Below, in pieces: positions 1 through 13,019 of a stretch of DNA of 64,000 nucleotides; positions within the stretch are counted from its first letter, which is position 1; every line of letters begins with the position of its first letter. The notes beneath the pieces are model-generated. The model did not search any database. It was given only the letters and a program-made list of their open reading frames with translations, and was not told where the DNA came from. The translations under genes were made by a program, and so were the position numbers. The stretch is from Octopus sinensis (Eukaryota): positions 16,740,001 through 16,804,000 of the forward strand of contig NC_043007.1 of NCBI RefSeq assembly GCF_006345805.1, read 5' to 3'.

Positions 1-250
1 GCAGGAGCCATCATATTAATTTACCAAGAGTTACAGTATGGTGCAGTCAAAATTATTGATTAAACCATTCTTTTTTTGATGGTGCAGTGACTGGTCTTAT
101 TTACTTGAACTTGTTGTGACAATCTGCCATGCCAAGTATTCAAGCAGACTTTGAAAATATGTAGTTTTATTTCCAGCAAGATGAGGCTTTCCCACACTAC
201 CATAGTGATGTAAAGGCCTACATTGATGATATTTTGCCAAATATTGGAAG
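1..250 (+). mobile_element. Degenerate Tc1/mariner-superfamily transposase fragment (DDE/D core, FQQDGAPPH type)
   Basis: Manual translation with stops: ...[57 protein letters not shown]. This resembles the PFFF...FQQDGAPPHY motif of Tc1/mariner-type transposases. Runs off the window start. Confidence 0.65.
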
Positions 251-827
251 CATCTCATATATATATAAATGGTCACAAGTGGATCAATTGGATAATAAGA
301 AAGATATGTTTTGAATGAAACCATTGATTTCCTTGTTAATCTGCAAATAAAGAATATTTATCCCCAAATGCAGAGTTGAGCACTAATTCTCACTGTTCAA
401 TTTTAGCACGCACACTCATGGTGTATTTTATAAATATGCCTGTTCAAGTATCATAATAGCATGAAACTATTAGTAACTCTTTCGGTTCTGCATCTAATTT
501 GATATGTGTATGTGTGTGTGTGTGTATGTAATACATTCATGAAACGATCATAAGATATTTTAAACTTTTAAACTTTTTAAATAATCATACATTATATATT
601 TATACATGTATCTATTAATACAATATTATTTTGGACGTATATCTTCTGTGATGATTTTTTTAATGTAATTTTCCTGCTCTTATTTTATAATATATAATCA
701 CTCTTATTAAATGTCTAAATACATTTAATGTCTTAGACATTTCCCTAACAATAGCACTTATTAGAAATTCAGTATATTGTATTCTTATTGAATATATTTG
801 ATTAACGATATATATATATATATATAT

Positions 828-1115
828 AAAATTTAATAAGGGTAGAAATTGATATTAATAAATTAAAACCAGTGGCCCAGCATATTAAAAAATCCGAAGA
901 TTAAAATATTTTTACATACAAAATTTAAAGGACTGACCACTAAAATTGGATGGTCAATATGCTAGATATAGACGTCAAATCGCTATTTTCCACAAAGAAT
1001 ATGTTCTCAAATGTTTATTTGAGAATATATTCTTTGTGGAAAATAGCGATTTGACGTCTATATCTAGCATGTTGACCGTCCACTTTTTGAGTGGTCAGTC
1101 CTTTAAATTTTGTAT
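828..1115. mobile_element. Fold-back (partially inverted) short repeat between (TA)n tracts, Penelope-like architecture
   Basis: About 95-bp arms (916-1012 / 1017-1115) are near-perfect reverse complements, and one arm extends a further ~90 bp. A second copy of the family lies at 11647-11885 with a different inversion point. Confidence 0.6.
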
Positions 1116-1128
1116 ATATATATATATA

Positions 1129-1605
1129 GATGACAAGTGACCGAGACCTTTGGAGATATGATGTGCTTGAGAAGACCTGGCAAGCCAAGTGAGACCGTAA
1201 CTGTGGCCTATGCCAGTGCAGCATAACCAGCTCACTTAAGAGTACTCTTCAATCATTGGGCAATAAACTGCAGTTGCGAAGACCTGTTGAGTCAAGTGAA
1301 GTCATTGTCATGGCTGATGACAGTACCGCCTGATTGGCACCCATGCCGGTGGCACGTGCAAAGCACCATTTGAGCATGGTCAATGCCAGTGTCAGCCAAC
1401 TGGTCCTGTGCCGGTGACACATAAAAAGCACCATTCAAGCATGTTTGATGCCTGTACCACCTGACTCTCCCTTGTGCTGGTGGCATGTAAAAAGCACCCA
1501 CTACACTCTCGGTGTGGTTGGTGTTAGGAAGGGCATCCAGCTGTAGAAACTTTGCCAGACCAGATTGGAAAGCAGCCTTTAAACAACAACGATGATGATG
1601 ATGAT
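1129..1605 (+). mobile_element. RTE-clade LINE 3' end (ORF C-terminus, 3' UTR with ~55-60-bp tandem units, (GAT)n tail)
   Basis: MTSDRDLWRYDVLEKTWQAK* resembles the RTE C-terminal DRxxWR motif. It is followed by GTGCCGGTGGCACGTAAAAAGCACC units, GTTAGGAAGGGCATCCAGCTGTAGAAAC and a GATGAT tail. Related truncated copies (approx.): 3563-3838(-), 8941-9182(-), 11886-12135(-), 12694-13015(-), 22497-23010(-), 23138-23328(+), 26608-26779(+), 32984-33330(+), 33955-34330(+), 34620-34988(+), 51338-51787(-), 52711-52925(+), 60774-61143(-). Confidence 0.7.
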
Positions 1606-2145
1606 ATATATATATATAAATATATATATATATAAGAATATGGTGGGGTTTGGTTCATTGGTGACCTAAACAAATTGATATGCACAGTAAGTGCTATAAT
1701 TGGTCATCCGTTAGGTTCCAAGTTCACTGCTGAGACTGGAGCTAGGGATCTTCTAATATGTATATATATTTGTGCGTGTGTGATTGTGTGCGTGCATGTG
1801 TGTGTGTGTATGCAGCTAAGTCTTTGACATAATATGATGGCTAAAAACTAGTCTTCCATGAAACACATGTCTGGCCATTGGAAATATCTTGCTTGAAAGC
1901 AAGTGAGGGTTAGTGACAGGAAGAGCATCTAGCCATAGAAAACCTGCCTCAACAAACTCCACCTAACCCATGCAAGCATGGAAAATTGGACGTTAAAACA
2001 ATAATGATGATGATGATGATGAATGAGAAGTATAATTTACTGATTGTTGTCAGTCTTTTTAACTATAAAAACGCAAATACACAGGTGTACCTGGTATGCT
2101 GGCAAAGAGACAGGTGTGTATGATTGAGAATAAGGTACCACTTAC

Positions 2146-2310
2146 CAATTGTTGTAACTGTTGTTACCACAAAACAGAAAGATCCAGAAAATGTCCATCG
2201 GTTTGTCACCTGGCTGTTCCCCTGTATAACATTATATGCATAGAGAGGATCGCTGGCGATGACGTCGAGGAAACTGGCAAGTCTTTCCTTGTCAAGACAG
2301 GTGTGATTGG
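2146..2310 (-). CDS. Internal exon of a two-pore-domain potassium channel (K2P/KCNK; TALK/TREK-like): cap helix 2 and pore helix 1 up to the TTIG filter
   Basis: Translation (A)NHTCLDKERLASFLDVIASDPLYAYNVIQGNSQVTNRWTFSGSFCFVVTTVTTIG. It shows the cap cysteine (NxTCL) and the W-x-F-x-x-S-F-x-F-x-x-T-x-x-TTIG P1 signature. Acceptor ttacag|CC at 2311-2313; donor G|gtaag at 2141-2145; 165 bp, phase 1-1. The TTIG|YG split is typical of K2P genes. Adjacent exons were not identified in the window. Confidence 0.9.
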
Positions 2311-2344
2311 CTGTAACGAGAAAGGTAAATCCGTAAATAATCAT

Positions 2345-2950
2345 TATTATTGTCATCGTTATTTTTGTCGTCATCATCGTCATCATCGTCATCTTCACCA
2401 CCACACTACCATCACATCTTTATCATTACTATCACCACCACCACCACCACCACCACCACCACCTCCACCATCATCATCATCATCATCGACAGCAGCAGCA
2501 GCAGCAGCAGCCGTCCAAGAATTTGGACCTGGAGATCTCCATTTCCAGTGACTTCAAAGGCCACCTCCCAGTGGTGTCGGGCGTCAACGAAGAGCCCTCG
2601 ATTACAACAAGACGACCAAAGTTTTTTTTTCCTCCCAAGGTCTGGGGTCTCCCACCCCTAAGCCCTAGACCATCATTTAATCACCCTTACCCATCTTGTT
2701 GCTTAACAACAACAACAACAACAGCAGCAGCATCATTGCCACCACCTCCACCTCCACCTCAACCACAGTTATCATCATCAACAGTAGCAGCATCACTGAT
2801 ACCACCACCACCACCACTACCACCCCCTCCTCCTCATCATCATCATCACCGCCATCATCTTCATGACAATGATGATGATGATGATGATGACAACACCAAT
2901 ATCGTCACCACCAACAACACTACTAACATTGCCACCACTGTCATCATCAT
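2345..2950. repeat. Compound (CAT/CAC/CAG/GAT)n microsatellite
   Basis: Directly visible; it produces the poly-P/S/H/T ORFs in the track. Confidence 0.9.
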
Positions 2951-3199
2951 CTTTTGTGTATGCTCGTTCTCTGACCAGACGTTCTCTGACCAACATATCC
3001 CTATTTGTCACAGTCCCTTAGTATCTGATATACATGTCAGTTGAGAAAACCACCAGTTTTTGCTGATTCGTATGTCAAGCGTTTTGGACATAAATATTAT
3101 GGTTTCGTGTCCGCCCTGTCATAAACCACTTCACATATACGAGATATGCAAATCACTCCTTTACTCACCCTCTCTCTCTCTCTCACTGTCTCTCTCTTC

Positions 3200-3234
<35 letters not shown>

Positions 3235-4504
3235 GTATGTTGTTTTGAGGAGAGCTCAGTACATGTTATAGAGGATATGGTATTTTTTTGTTTATTGGAA
3301 CTGGAACCAAGAGTTTGCCTCTAGCCATCAGGTTCACAACACTGTGATCTTCAGGTGAGAAGATTGCCAGAAGATCTCAGCAGTGTCACACTTGAGTTGT
3401 CAGACAAACTCTCATATATGTGCACATGCACACGCGTGAGTGTGTGTCTATGTCATTATGTATGTGTTTCTCCCCACCACTTGACAACCGGTGTTGGTAT
3501 GTTTATGTCCCTGTAACCTAAGTGGTTTGACAAAAGAACCTGATAGACTAAGTACCAGGCTTTCATCATCATCATCGTTTAGTGTCCGTTTTCCATGCTA
3601 GCATGGGTTGGACGGTTCAACTGGGGTCTGGGAAGCCAGAAGGCAGCACCAGGCTCCTGTCTGATCTGGCAGTGTTTCTACAGCTGGATGCCCTTCCTAA
3701 TGCCAACCACTCCGCGAGTGTAGTGAGTGCTTTTTACGTGCCACCAGCACAGGTGCCACACGAGGCTGGCAAACGGCCATGATCAGATGGTGCTTTTTAC
3801 GTGCCACCGGCAGGGGGGGGGGGGCAGACGAGGCTGGCATAAGAAAATAATAAGTTTAGCCGATTTCTTATCATCGTTGGCACAATAACGCCTGATATGA
3901 ATTCATTACAGAAAATGCCAGCCGTGAACCAAATATGCTTTCTACTGCACACACATTTATGTTACTTTCACAATCTTCTCTCATGACTAAGTAACTCTTA
4001 CTGGTCATTCAAAGAGACCCAAAACACAAGGACATTTGATATCTAACATCACGTAAAAGCTCTATTTATACCATTCATTGTTATAAATTTTATTTATGGT
4101 AAAACAGTCTTCATCTTTTTCTACACACCCGACATGCTAAAATAGGAATATTAGTATAGATATTCTTTTCTACTTTAGGCACAAGGCCTGAAACTTTGGG
4201 GTGGGGGGCAGTCAATTAGACTGACACCCCAGTACACAACTGGTACTTAATTTATTGACCCTGAAAGGATGAAAGGCAAAGTTGACCTTGGTGGAATTTG
4301 AACTCAGAATGTAAAGACAGACGAAATACTGCTAAGCATTTTGTCCAGTGTGCTAACGTTTCTGCCAGTTTGCCGCCTTATATTTTTGTATGGATATTGA
4401 TGGAAAATATGGGAATATCAGTATAGATATCGATGGATATTGAGGAGTGGATAAATCATTAATCTACCGTCCTAATTATGGATGGGTATACTGGATAATG
4501 TCTA

Positions 4505-4738
4505 ATAGATAGACAGACAGACAAATAGCTAGAAAGAGAGAGATAGATAGACAGACAAATAGCTAAGGAGAGAGAGAGAGGGAGAGGGAGAAAGAGCAAG
4601 AGATAGATAGATAGACAAACAGACAAATAGCTAGAAAGAGAGAGGGAGAGAGTGATAGATAGACAGACAGACAGACAAACAGTCAGATAAAGTGATAGAT
4701 AGACAGGAAGACAGACAGACAGATAGATAGATAGCTAG

Positions 4739-4789
<51 letters not shown>

Positions 4790-4797
4790 TAGGTAGG

Positions 4798-4837
<40 letters not shown>

Positions 4838-4940
4838 AAAAGACAGTTAGAAAGACAAACTGAGAGAGGAAAAGAGACAGAGTGCGAGAGAGAGAGCACG
4901 AGAGAGAGAGTGTGTGAGTGAGAGAGAGAGAGAGAGTGAA
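4505..4940. repeat. (AGAT/AGAC/AG)n microsatellite
   Basis: Directly visible. Confidence 0.9.
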
Positions 4941-7119
4941 AATAATAGATATGTATTTAAATATATCTCTATATGGATACACACACACAGACATACACCA
5001 AAATATATGTACATATATCATTTGAAAAAAAGTGTGACCCATTAAAATAAGTCTTCCAGCTGGTGAGAAATATTTAGAAGACGCCCATTACAGCTGTAAT
5101 CCAATAAGTCGCAGCCGTTTCGGAATTGATCCCATTCTGGCTGTAAACAACTCCAAGTTCTCTGATAGATTATGGGTTTTTGTTCCTTTTCAAAATATTT
5201 TAGAACAAAGGCCTTGAATTCTTGGTGTGGCTGTGTGGTAGGAAGTTTACTTCCCTACCACATGGTTCTGGGTTCAGACCCACTGCGCGTCGCCTTGGGC
5301 AAGTGTCTTCTACTATAGCCTTGGACTGACCAAGCCTTGTGAGGGAGTTTGGTTGAAGGAAACTGAAAGAAGCCTGCCATGTATATGCGTGAGTGTGTGT
5401 ATATGTCTTTATGTATGTGTTTGCCCCACCTCCCACCACTTGACAACCGGTGTTGGTATGTTTATATCCCTATACAGCGAGCTTGGCAGAATCGTTAGCA
5501 CGCTGGGCGAAATGCTTAGCGGTATTTCGTCTGCTGCTATGTTCTGAGTTCAAATTCCGCTGAGGTCGACTTTGCCTTTCATCCTTTAGGGGGCGATAAA
5601 TTAAGTACCAGTTACACACTGGGGTCCATATAATCGACTTAATCCATTTTCCTGTCCTTGTTTGTCCTCTCTGTGTTTAGCCCCTTGTGGGTAGTAAAGA
5701 AATAGGTATTTTGTCTGTTTTTACGTTCTGAGCTCAAATTCCACCGAGGTCGACTTTGCCTTTCATAGGGTGTTGTGTTTACAATCACAAGATCATGGTT
5801 TCAATTCCCAGACCAGCAGTTTGTTGTTCTTGAACAAAACATTTCATTTCATACTGTCCCAGTCTGCTCAACTGTAAATGGGTACCCTTGTGACGGACTG
5901 GCATTCTGTTAATGGGGAATGTTGACCTGCCCACATTGACAACAGGGTGGCATCATTTGAAAGCTACAATAAACCAAGGAAGTGTACTGTGAGCAGCAGT
6001 GTATAACAATATCTGATAGTCTGTCTGATATGGTCATACAGTTTTACAATGATATTGCAACTGGTGAATGGTGAATGGTAGCATCATCATTGTTGGTTAC
6101 AGGTTTTCAATGAGTCAATCACTGGTTCACTGAATTTCTGGTGCTAGAGTGTCAAGGGAGTATCTGTAAGTGGATGCAAAGCAAACATCTCAAGGGATTT
6201 CATTTGTGAAGCTTTGCTTCCTTGGTTTTCTTCCTGACGAAAGACACACTGCACACAGACCCTCCCCACACACACACAACACACATATATGATGGACTTC
6301 TTTCAGTTTCTTATTTCTTTATTGCCCACAAGGGGGCTAAACATAGAGGGGACAAACAAGGACAGACAAAAGGATTAAGTCGATTACATCCACCTCAGTG
6401 CTTAACTGGTACTTAATTTATCTACCCCGAAAGGATGAAAGGAAAAGTCGACCTCGGCGGAATTTGAACTCAGAACGTGGTGGCAGAGGAAATACAGCGT
6501 GCTAACTTTTCTTCCAGCTCACTGCCTTTGCTAACGTTTCTACCAGCTTGCCGACTTCTTTCAGTTTCTGTCTACCAAATCCTCTCACAAAGCTTTGGTT
6601 GGCCCCAGGTCTCTAGCAGAAGGCACTTGCCCATGGTGTTGCACAGTGGAACTGAACCCAGGCCCACATGGTTGGGAAGAAGGTCTCTTAACCACACAGT
6701 CACACCTGCACTTATTTATGCACACATGCATATATAGATACACACACACACACACAAACACACACATGATCTCATCCTCCCCCACACAACTTGACAACCG
6801 GTGTTGGTTTGTTTACATTCCCATAATTTATTTGTTCAGCTAAAAAGACCAATAGAGTAAGTACCAGATTTAAAAATCTAAGTGCTGCGGTTTACATGTG
6901 CAACTAAAACCCTTCAAAGTGGTGCCCCAGCATGGCCACAGTCCTCCTATAACCAAAACAAATGAAAGAGAAGATACATATAAACCAAATTATTCAATGT
7001 CTTCTTTGTTAAGACAACAGGTTGTGATATGAGGGAGATTTGACTGCTATTGCTAGCACACTGAGCGACCTTATAAAGCTCCTTCACGGCTCTTTGGACA
7101 CTATGTTGACGCTATAGGC

Positions 7120-7193
7120 GATGATGATGATAATGATAATGATGATGATGATGATGATGACGGTGATGATGATGGTGGTGATGGTGGTGGCGG

Positions 7194-7231
<38 letters not shown>

Positions 7232-7245
7232 TTGCTGGTGATGAT
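7120..7245. repeat. (GAT)n microsatellite
   Basis: Directly visible. Confidence 0.9.
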
Positions 7246-7409
7246 GGGTATAAAGAAATTCCCTTTTTGTATGAGCTTCACTCACATGTGTCGAGTAACG
7301 ATAGCAGATCTGCTGGCTGTGAATGCCAGCTCACCAAGGGACCATAAGCAGCAACTATTGATCTACTTAACTCTTCTTCTATATATTTCCTCCCACAGTC
7401 CACAGTCAG

Positions 7410-7823
7410 ACTCTCTCTTTTACTCATTCACTTGTTTCAGTCATTTGACTGTGGCCATGCTGGAGCATCGCTTTTAGTCGAGCAAATTGACCCCAGGACT
7501 TATTCTTTGTAAGCCTCTAGTACTTATTCTATCGGTCTCTTTTGCCAAACCACTAAGTTACGGGGACGTAAGCACACCAGCATTGGTTGTCTAGCGATGT
7601 TGGTGGGGACAAACACAAACACACAAACATATATACACACATACATATATATATATACATATATATGACGGGCTTCTTTCAGTTTCCATCTACCAAATCC
7701 ACTCACAAGGCTTTGGTCAGCCCGAGGCTATAGTAGAAGACACTTGCCCAAGGTGCCACACAGTGGGACTGAACCAGGAACCATGTGGTTCGTAAGCAAG
7801 CTACTTACCACACAGCCACTCCT
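7410..7823 (-). mobile_element. tRNA-derived SINE family A, full length
   Basis: Reverse complement of the family described at 18543-18958. Confidence 0.85.
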
Positions 7824-8326
7824 AGAGCTTTTTGTCAGCCTTTATCTATGTAAGCAACAACCCTCACCACCACTTCCATCACCCTAATTGAAAGTCTCGA
7901 TAGTTATTTAGTCTTAAGTGGCAGTCATAAATAACTAAAGTATGACATAATAAAGTTGAGATAAGTATAAGCTGTCTCATAACATTCACAATGACTTACA
8001 AGAGACCGTGTTTAATCAGATTAGCTTTAAATAATAAAATTATGTTTTCTGATTTAGATACAGAGCCAGAGTTTTCTTTTTAACTCTCTAGCATTCAAAC
8101 CAGCTGTATATGGCCTTAATATTCATCTTCTTTTATGTTTAAACCAGCCAAGTCCAGCTTCTTACATCTACCCCACAATAGCTTTCCTAAAATAGAGTTA
8201 CATCATGGAAATCTCACAGTTATGAGATAATGCATGGCTAATTCAAAACAATGTGAATAAATAAGTAATACAACTGACAAAGTAATCTGAGTACTAAAAG
8301 ATTAAAGGGAAGGATTAGTCAATATC

Positions 8327-8707
8327 ATGTTGTGTCTGGGGTAGAGTAATTTTCTTTTTGTGCCTTGTAATTTAACACACTCAGCGATAAAATTTCCACT
8401 TATTTCTTATTTTTATTTTCCTAAAATTTTCGTTGCGTCTTGCAGCCTTTTCAATAGTTTTGACTTTGGTGAGCCCAGGGGATTATAGCAGAAGACACCC
8501 AAAGTCATAGCAGAAGACACTTACCCAAAGTGCTGTGCAATGGGATTGAACTTGAAAACTGCATGGCTAGAAAGTAACACTATTGAAAAGGTTGCAAGAC
8601 GCAGCAAAAATTTTAGGAAAATATAAATAAGAAATAAGAGGAAATTTTACCGGTGAGTGTGTTACATTGTAAGGCACAAAAAGAAAATGACTCTCCCCAG
8701 ACACAAC
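8327..8707. mobile_element. Inverted pair of Penelope-like repeat arms with hammerhead-like motifs
   Basis: About 140-bp arms (8327-8466 / 8571-8707) are reverse complements around a SINE-derived spacer. Each carries a CTA-TTGAAAA-GGTTGC-aagac-GCAAC-GAAAATTT-TAG-like motif. Confidence 0.5.
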
Positions 8708-10737
8708 AGAATATGCTTCAACACATGAACTCATATAAAGAATCTTGCAAACCAAATCCAAAAACGAAATAGTCAATGTCATTAATCCCAGTAATTTGAC
8801 AGGTACCTTATTTTAAAGATCCTGGAAGGATGAAAGGTAAAGTGTTTCTCCCCACCACTTGAAAACTAGTGTTGGTATGTTTATATCCCTGTAACATAAG
8901 TGGTTTGACAAAAGAACCTGATAGACTAAGTACCAGGCTTTCATCATCATCATCATCATCGTTTAACGTCCGTTTTCCATGCTAGCATGGGTTGGACGGT
9001 TCGACCGGGGTCTGGGAAGCCAGGAGGCAGCACCAGGCTCCAGTCTGATCTGGCAGAGTTTCTACAGTTGGATGCCCTTCCTAAGGCCAACCACTCCATG
9101 AGTGTAGTGAGTGCTTTTTACGTGCCACCTGCACAGGTGCCAGACGAGGCAGGCAAACGGCCACGATCAGTTGGTGCTTTTTATGAGCCACTTGGCAGGG
9201 TTTGAACTCAGAACAGAAAGAGCCGGAAGAAAAGACACTAACAATTCTGCCAGCTTGCCACTTTATCCTTATATAATGATTGCCTCATCTGGTCAGATGA
9301 TGTCCATCTCACTTTCATCCTGATTGTTCTGGTTTACTTTCATCCCATCAAGTGAGCAGATATGGCTTTTCAGGCCAGCCATGGCTCACAGGACTTTATA
9401 AAATACAAAATGACTTGTTTCTGTCATTTGACTGTACTGTGGCCATGTTGAGTAAATTGACCCCAGGACTTATTCTTTGTAAGCCTAGTACTTATTCTAT
9501 CGGTCTCTTTTGCCGAACCACTAAGTTACGGGGTCGTAAACACATCAGCATCAGTTGTCAAGCGATGTTGGGGTGACAAACACAGACACACAAGCACATA
9601 CACTCATACACACACAAGCACATACACTCATACACACACACATATATATATATACATATATACGATGGGCTTCTTTCAGTTTCCATTTACCAAATCCACT
9701 CACAAGGCTTTGGTTGGCCCAAGCCTATAGTAGAAGACACTTGCCCAAGGTGCCACGCAGTGGAACTGAACCCAGAACCAAGTGGTTCGTAAGCAAGCTA
9801 CTTACCACACAGCCACTCCTTATCATTTTATCATCTTTTCAGCGTTGATAAAATTAGAACCAGTTGAATGCTAGGGGTCAGTATATTTGACTAACCCCAC
9901 CCCATCCTTAAATTTCAGGCCTTGTGCCTATAGTAGAAAGTGTTATTAGTATCATTGCTATTGTCATTATTAATATTATTATTTAAGGGCTTCTTTAAGG
10001 CATTGAATTGGCTGGCAGAATCACTAGCATGTTAGGCAAAAATGCTTAGAATTTTGCCTCCTTTATGTTCTGAGTTCAAATTCTACTGAGGTCAACTTTA
10101 CATTTTATCCTTCCTGCGTTAATAAAATCAGTACCAGTTGAGCACTGAGGTCATTGTAATTGATTTACCCCATCCCCAAAATTGCTGGCCTTGTGCCAAC
10201 ATTTGGAACCATTGGTAATAGTATCTCTTATCGTTTCTTTCATTTGCAATAGCAATAGTAAAAATATATGCAAAAGAAGCCAGACAAACCAGACAACAAT
10301 GAAGCTATTACGATATATTAACGAACTAATCAATAGTGTCTCTGAGTAATTCCCCTTGATGATTTATTCTTTTTTTTTTTATTACTGTAATTTGTAACGG
10401 GATTTCACAGAAGTTTTTACACATCGCTGTCAAATTTCAACACAAAGCGCTCAATTTTTTTTATAAGGAAACATATGTAACTACTGACAAAGTGACATGA
10501 AACACACACACACACGCGCGCATTCAATAAATCATTATTATTCAGAGAAACAAGTGTATGCATGTCTTGTTTTATTTCTTCTGTTGACAATCCAACATGT
10601 TAGTGCTGTCATGCAAGAGAGTGTCATACACAAGAAATCATTATCCAGTGATACCATATCTAATGTAATGAGCATAGAAAATCTAATTAAAAATAGTTAT
10701 GTAGTGAAGAAAAGACAATGCCAGCTCATTGACTTAA

Positions 10738-11118
10738 TATTATTATTATTATTTTTCTTTCTTTCTTCAAATTTTCTTCCGTTTCTCGCCAAGTGTTTTC
10801 CGTACACCTAGGGGCAGAGAAGCTCATTGCATGCATTCCCAGATTACACACGCAAATTCACAGATAAAATATGTATTTAAAAAATTAATAGATAAATAAA
10901 TGAATGGATGTTGTTTTCACAGCAATAATGCTCTTCTCAGTACATGAGTTGTTCCAGTTAACACGATTTTTTGCACATCCTGTAGGGATGGTAAGCCTGG
11001 TATCATTTTCAAATAGGTTTCAGTACCTTTTTTTATCATTCCTAGAGATCTTACAATCACTGGTACTGTAGTCACTTTGAGATGCCACATTTTTTCAATT
11101 TCTATTAGCAAGTCTTAT
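10738..11118 (-). mobile_element. R4/Dong-type (RLE) LINE 3' fragment with (AAT)n tail
   Basis: ORF 10917-11111 (IEKMWHLKVTTVPVIVRSLGMI...QKIVLTGTTHVLRRALLL) is a restriction-like endonuclease C-terminus, followed by a 3' UTR and AAT repeats. Confidence 0.75.
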
Positions 11119-11615
11119 AATTTCAGCAAGTATGGTAGATGACTTTAGACATGTTTCAGTCTTATTACATTTTTTCAGGAAAACACAAACTTCACCATAC
11201 TTGCTGAAAGAATGAATGAACAATCACTAAGTAAGACATGAGACATTTTGGCACAGCTGTTTTGATGGCACCTATTTGGTGTGACTTATTTGAAGGTGAC
11301 TTATTTGACATCAGACGTTTTAATCTGTCTGTCTCTCTTTCTCTTTCTGTGTGTGAGCATATTTTCCTATTTGTATGAGGAGAGGAAGCATGTTTATATC
11401 AGTCATATCTAATTAATGTATTGTAATTCTTTTATTATTTTACTTGAGCACCGCCTTTTAGTTGAAGAAATCGCCCCCAGGACTTATTCTTTGTAAGCCT
11501 GGTACTTATTGTATCGGTTTCTTTTGCAGAACTGCTAAGTTACAGGGATGTAAACACACCAGCATCAGTTGCCAAGTGAAGAGGGACAAACACAGACACA
11601 AAGACACACATAAAT

Positions 11616-11646
<31 letters not shown>

Positions 11647-11648
<2 letters not shown>

Positions 11649-11885
11649 CAAAATTTAGAAGACTGACCACTAAAAGTGGACAGCCTATATGCTAAACATA
11701 GACATCAAATCGCCATTTACCACGAAGGCAATTTGACATCAATGTTTAGCATATAGACTGTCCACTTTTAGTGGTCAGTCCTTTAAATTTTATATTTATA
11801 AAATCTTTAATCTTCAGATTTTTTTAAATATGCTAAGCAACTGGTTTTAATTGATTAATATCAATTTCTACCCTTATTTAATTTC
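11647..11885. mobile_element. Fold-back repeat, second copy of the 828-1115 family
   Basis: The same sequence in opposite orientation, with a shorter inverted arm, nested in the (TA)n of a SINE A copy. Confidence 0.6.
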
Positions 11886-12163
11886 ATCATCATCATCATC
11901 ATCATCATTTAGCGTCCGTTTTCCATGCTAGCATGGGTTGGATGGTTTAACTGGGGTCTGTGAAGCCGGAAGGCTTCATCAGGCCCAGTCAGATTTGGCA
12001 GTGTTTCTACGGCTGGATGCCCTTCCTAACGCCAACCACTCCGCGAGTGTAGTGGGTGTTTTTTACGTGCCACCTGCACAGGTGCCAGACAGAGCTGGCA
12101 CAAAGGCCACGAACGGATGGTGCTTTTACGTGTCATATATATATATATGGTGCTTTTACGTTC

Positions 12164-12222
<59 letters not shown>

Positions 12223-12489
12223 ATATGTGTGTGTATGCTTGGCTCGAGGTTATAGCAGAAGACACTTTCCCAAGGTGCCATGCAGTGAGACTGAACCTGA
12301 AATCATGTGGTTGGAAGCAAGCTTCTTACCACATAGCCAAGCCTGTGCCTAATGTCTGTCTCTTTCTGTATGTGTGTCTTTCTCTCTGTTTATGTGTGTG
12401 ATCATATTTCTCTTTATGTGTTTGAGGAGAAGGTAAGTTTTTATGTCAATCATGTTCAATCTATAAATTGTAATGTACCTCACCATTTC

Positions 12490-12521
12490 TCTCTCTCTCT
12501 CTCTCTCTCTCACTCTATCAT

Positions 12522-12567
<46 letters not shown>

Positions 12568-12676
12568 CATCCATCCATCCATCCATCCATCCATCCATCC
12601 ATCCATCCATCCATCCATCCATCCATGCATCCATCCATCCATCCATCCATCTATCTATCTATCTATCTATCTATCT
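12490..12676. repeat. (TC)n/(ATCT)n/(ATCC)n microsatellite
   Basis: Directly visible. Confidence 0.9.
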
Positions 12677-13019
12677 AACAGTATGTGTACTGTTCATCAT
12701 CATCATCATCATCATCGTTTAACGTCCGCTTTCCATGCTAGCATGGGTTGGACGGTTCAACTGGGGTCTGGCAAGCCCGAAGGCTGCACCAGGCCAGTCA
12801 GATCTGGCAGTGTTTCTACAGCTGGATGCCCTTCCTAACGCCAACCACTCCGAGAGTGTAGTGGGTGATTTTATGTGCCACCGACACAGGTGCCAGACGA
12901 GGCTGGCAGACGGCCACGCTCGGATGGTGTTTTTTATGTGCCACCGACACAGGTGCCAGACAAGGCTGGCAGATGGCCACGCTCGGATGGTGTTTTCTTA
13001 TGTGTCACCGGCACGTATA

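Noticed and set aside
2063-2404. 113-aa ORF as a complete gene
   Set aside because: Only 2146-2310 is exon; the flanks are intronic read-through beyond clear splice sites.
2096-3044. Long + strand ORFs (151, 103 and 173 aa) with poly-P/S/H/T
   Set aside because: Translations of trinucleotide microsatellites and the antisense of the K2P exon.
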